Shown here in pieces: positions 60,228 to 64,000 of a stretch of 64,000 nucleotides of DNA. The position numbers and the translations under genes are program-made. The DNA lies in contig OZ024741.1 of NCBI GenBank assembly GCA_964016885.1, forward strand, positions 159,402,001 to 159,466,000. Direction: 5' to 3'. The DNA comes from Eledone cirrhosa. Taxonomy: Eukaryota. Within the stretch, counting starts at the first letter, position 1, and each line of letters starts with the position of its first letter. The notes below the pieces were generated by a model. That model was given only the letters and a program-made list of their open reading frames with translations. It made no database searches and had not been told where the DNA came from.

Positions 60228-61192
60228 AAACCGCTCTATGGCATTTGTTGACCTGGAGAAAGCTTTTTACAGAATCCTTCATGCTATAATCTTGGGGCTC
60301 TTAGAAAACTAGAGGTAGATGGATGGCTTGTAAAAGCAGTACAAGCCATTTATAGAGGAGCAGTCAGCAAGGTTAGAATTAACAATGGCTATATTGAAGA
60401 ATTTAGTGTGTAAGTAGGATCCCATCAGGGCTCTGTTCTTAGCCCTCTCCTGTTTATTATTGTCCTGCAGGCTATAACACTAGAGTTTAAGGCTGGCTGC
60501 CCATGGAAACTCCTTTATGCAGATGATCTAACTCTTGTAGCTAAATCTATGGCAGAATTAGAGAAGAAATTCAAAGCCTGGAAGCATGGTCTTAAAGTCA
60601 ACTTGAGAAAGACTAAAGTCCTAGTAAGTAGAAAGGAAAACAGGGCCTAGATCCCCTCTGTGTGCAGGAAAGGAGTAGGTAGAAATTCCATCCTATGTCT
60701 CAAATGCAAACTATGGGTACACAAGAGATGTAATGAGATCTCAGGCAAGCTAGCAAAGAATGTAGGTTTTGTATGTGATTGATGAACAGGAGTAGTAAGT
60801 AGCAAGAGCTCACAGGAAACAAGCTTCTTTAAATGCTCAAAGGACACTATAGAAATAATTTCTGTTACCCAGGTGACCAAATTAGCAGTGGAGGTGGGTG
60901 TTCTGAAAGTGTAGTAGCTAGAGTGAGAATGGAAAAAGTTCAAGGAGCTACTACCGCTGCTAACTAAAAAGGTTTCCCCCTCAAAATGAAAGGCAGATTG
61001 AATGAAGCTTGTGTATGAACAGCAATGTAGCATGGAAATGAGACCTGAGCAGTATGTGCAGAGGACCTATGAAGATTGGAAAGAAATGAAGCTTACAAGC
61101 TTACATAGTAGAGTGCAGGAACGACAAAGCATCAGTGAACTGAGAGAGAAACTAAGCATAAGAATGGTTAGATGCAGTGGTATGGACATGTC
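60228..61192 (+). mobile_element. Decayed RTE LINE RT fragment
   Basis: AFVDLEKAF, HQGSVLSPLLF and LLYADDL motifs with stops and deletions. Confidence 0.85.
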
Positions 61193-61309
61193 ACCAGCTC
61201 GACCACCTTAAAAGGAGGACTAGGTGTTTTTTGTTGTCACCAACATGAGCACCTTGCATGGTGGACTAGGGACTTTTGCTGTATCACCAGCATGACCACC
61301 TATGTGTGA

Positions 61310-61360
<51 letters not shown>

Positions 61361-61784
61361 AGCTCTTAAGAGCCAATGGCCATCCAAAATCACCGGGAGA
61401 GATGACTCTTTAGCCTTTGTCAAGGCAGAATTCTAGGAGAAGGAAAACTCTGATATAACACCTGCAACCCTGATGGTATCCAATGATATTGACTTGTTCT
61501 TTTTGGTAAATATCATCTTGGTTAAGAGAGTGGGACTGGCTTTGTGCAGTGCCTTTGCTCACTATAAAAGCTTCACGGCACAGGCATTGCTTTATATCTG
61601 GAGATATGTCTGCACTTGTCGTCACATGGTACCATGGGCCCAGCACTGTGTCAATAATTGTGTTTGTACCAGAGTTTTCAAGTCGCTGGCTGGACTAAAA
61701 AGTCACACTCGTTCAGCGCATCGGTAGGGGTTCTCCTACATGGATATAAAGTAGTGGCCGTACTCGAAAACGAGTTGGCAGCCA

Positions 61785-61820
<36 letters not shown>

Positions 61821-61824
<4 letters not shown>

Positions 61825-64000
61825 TCATCATCATCATCGTTTAACGTCCATCTTCCATGCTTGCTTGGGTTTGGACGGGAGTTTTCCCACTTGAGGCGAG
61901 ATTGGTTGTCCTGCTCGTATAGGACTGTCTGGCGGGTTTTCTACGGCTGGATGTCCTTCTTAACACCAACCACGTTTACAGTGTGGACTGGGAGGTTTTT
62001 ACCGTGTTACCTACACGGCCACATTACAGCGTGGACTGTGTGTTTTTTTGTCGTGACACCTACACGCCCTCATTTGTTTGGGACTGGATGTTGTGGTACC
62101 AACATAACTTCACATTTAAGGGGGTGGTGTGGATGGGGTGGGGGTAGTGGGACGGGGGTGTATTTTGTTAGAGGTGCCTACTGATTGTAGGTTTCGCTTT
62201 GTACTTAGGCAAGGCGGGTCTTCTGTATGACTGTGTAGCGCCAAAGATCTCGGTCCAGTGACATTGTCTTGGAGAGGTGTAAGTGTGTGAGGTCGGAATT
62301 TATCAAGTCGTCCCAGGTTTTTCGGGGTCTGCCTACCCCGTGGCTACCGTCTATTTTTATCGCCCTGCACTTTTTTATACAGCTGTTGTCTTTCATGCGC
62401 ATCACATGACCGTACCAACGTAGTCTTCTCTCGAGTAAACAACATCTGATCCCTCTTATTCCTAATTTCTCCCTTAGTTCGTTTATGCTTTGCCGTTTAC
62501 GTATATTACTATTACACATCCAGCGGAGCATGCAAGCATCGTTTCTCTCCAGTCTGCATATATCCTCTGCACACAATGCCCAGGTCTCATTGCCATGTAA
62601 CATTGCTGTTCGTATGCAGGCATCATACAGCCTGCCTTTCATTTTTAGAGAGAACCCTTTAGCAGCCAATAGTGGTATAAGCTCTCTGAACTTTTTCCAT
62701 CCCGTTCTGACTCTAGCTACTGTACTTTCAGAGCACCCTCCCCCACTGCTGATTTTGTCACCCAGGTAACGGAAGGTGTCCACTATTTCTATAGAATCAT
62801 CTGTGCAATGGAATGAGTTAGTATTCTGTGGGCACTTGCTGCTACTTATTGCACAAGAGCACCAGCCACATATAAAATCTATATTCTTAGTTAGCTTACC
62901 TGTGATCCCACTACATCTTTTATGCACCCATACTCTGCATTTGGGACATAAAATGGAGTTTCTGCCTACTCCTTTCCTACACACTGAGCATGGCCATTTC
63001 CCAGATGGGACCGGTGCCCTATTTTCCTTCCTACAAACTAGAACTTTAGTCTTAGACAAGTTAACTTTAAGGCCTTTTGATTCTAGGCCATGCTTCCATG
63101 TTTGGAATTTCTTCTCTAGTTCAGCCATTGATTCAGCTATGAGCGTTAGATCATCTGCATATAGGAGTTCCCATGGGCAGCCGGTCTTGAACTCCTCTGT
63201 TATAGCCTGAAGGGCAATAATAAATAGTAGGGGGCTAAGAACGGAGCCCTGATGAACACCAACTTTTACGCTAAACTCTTCACTATATTCGTTGTTAATT
63301 CTAACCTTGCTGACTGTTTCTTTATACATGGCTTGTATAGCTCTCACAAGCCATTCATCAACACCTAGTTTTCTAAGAGCCCACCAGATAATGGAGCAGG
63401 GGACTCTGTCAAAGGTTTTCTCCAAGTCAACAAAAGCTAAGTATAGGGGTTTACTTTTAGCTAGGTACTTCTCCTGTAGTTGTCGTACAATGAAAAGAGC
63501 ATTTGTGGTACTTTTACCTGACACAAACCCGAACTGCATTTCATTTAGATCAATTCTCTCTCTGATTAGTTGCGCTATTACTTTTTCTGTGACCTTCATG
63601 ACCTGGTCGATTAATTTAATGCCTCTATAGTTACCCCTATCTAGGGCATCACGTTTATCCTTGTAGCAGTTAATGATGATGCTGCTACGCCAGTCCTTCG
63701 GAACGGCCCCATTCTGTATGACTTGGTTTACTATCCGGGTGACCATAGTGTGTCCCACCGTTCCAGATGCTTTCAGCATTTCAGCAACTATTTCCGAAGG
63801 CCCAGCCGCCTTACCCGTCTTCATATCTTTCATTGCCTTACTTATTATACTACCTTCAACTAGCACTGCTGGTCCCTCTATTGGATCGATGTGGGGGAGA
63901 CTGTCTTTCTCCCATTTATTCTCCTCATTTAGTAGCCTTTCGTAGTGACACTTCCAAGCTACCTTCTTATCGGCGTCAGTGATGGCAAGTACACCATCAT
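61821..64000 (-). mobile_element. Young RTE-clade LINE running off the window end
   Basis: Long RT ORF, ~380-nt 3' UTR and (GAT)n tail abutting (TA)n. A frameshift separates the ORF from upstream coding sequence near 63870-63900. Confidence 0.95.
62205..63866 (-). CDS. RTE LINE reverse transcriptase (partial ORF) with a PHD-like Cys/His insert
   Basis: NYRGIKL, QFGF, FVDLEKTFDRV, GVHQGSVLSPLLF, LLYADDL, FRYLG and RRLRWYGHV motifs. Confidence 0.9.
   Translation of the reverse strand: MLVEGSIISKAMKDMKTGKAAGPSEIVAEMLKASGTVGHTMVTRIVNQVIQNGAVPKDWRSSIIINCYKDKRDALDRGNYRGIKLIDQVMKVTEKVIAQLIRERIDLNEMQFGFVSGKSTTNALFIVRQLQEKYLAKSKPLYLAFVDLEKTFDRVPCSIIWWALRKLGVDEWLVRAIQAMYKETVSKVRINNEYSEEFSVKVGVHQGSVLSPLLFIIALQAITEEFKTGCPWELLYADDLTLIAESMAELEKKFQTWKHGLESKGLKVNLSKTKVLVCRKENRAPVPSGKWPCSVCRKGVGRNSILCPKCRVWVHKRCSGITGKLTKNIDFICGWCSCAISSSKCPQNTNSFHCTDDSIEIVDTFRYLGDKISSGGGCSESTVARVRTGWKKFRELIPLLAAKGFSLKMKGRLYDACIRTAMLHGNETWALCAEDICRLERNDACMLRWMCNSNIRKRQSINELREKLGIRGIRCCLLERRLRWYGHVMRMKDNSCIKKCRAIKIDGSHGVGRPRKTWDDLINSDLTHLHLSKTMSLDRDLWRYTVIQKTRLA

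Overview
AT-rich, microsatellite-dense eukaryotic genomic DNA. The repeat complement (RTE LINEs with (GAT)n tails, tRNA-derived SINEs, mariners, Penelope-like elements) suggests an invertebrate, most likely an octopus or other coleoid cephalopod; this is inference. Three host genes are visible: four coding exons of a Tctex1-domain dynein light chain (TCTEX1D2/DYNLT2B-like, + strand, 4356-17019), a large polyQ/low-complexity ORF (- strand, 38848-41472), and a probable first coding exon of an unidentified S/T/H-rich protein (+ strand, 55602-56407). The rest is mostly decayed mobile DNA: RTE, CR1-like, CRE-like and Vingi-like LINE fragments, two SINE families, one full-length mariner relic, and Tc1/mariner, hAT and TTAA-type MITEs. 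The most striking signal is more than a dozen type-I hammerhead-ribozyme motifs from several unrelated sequence families. Most sit in fold-back (inverted-repeat) elements bounded by (TA)n tracts. One of these elements (4733-8280) still carries a Naiad-type Penelope GIY-YIG endonuclease region, so the rest look like ribozyme-bearing, non-coding, fold-back Penelope derivatives.
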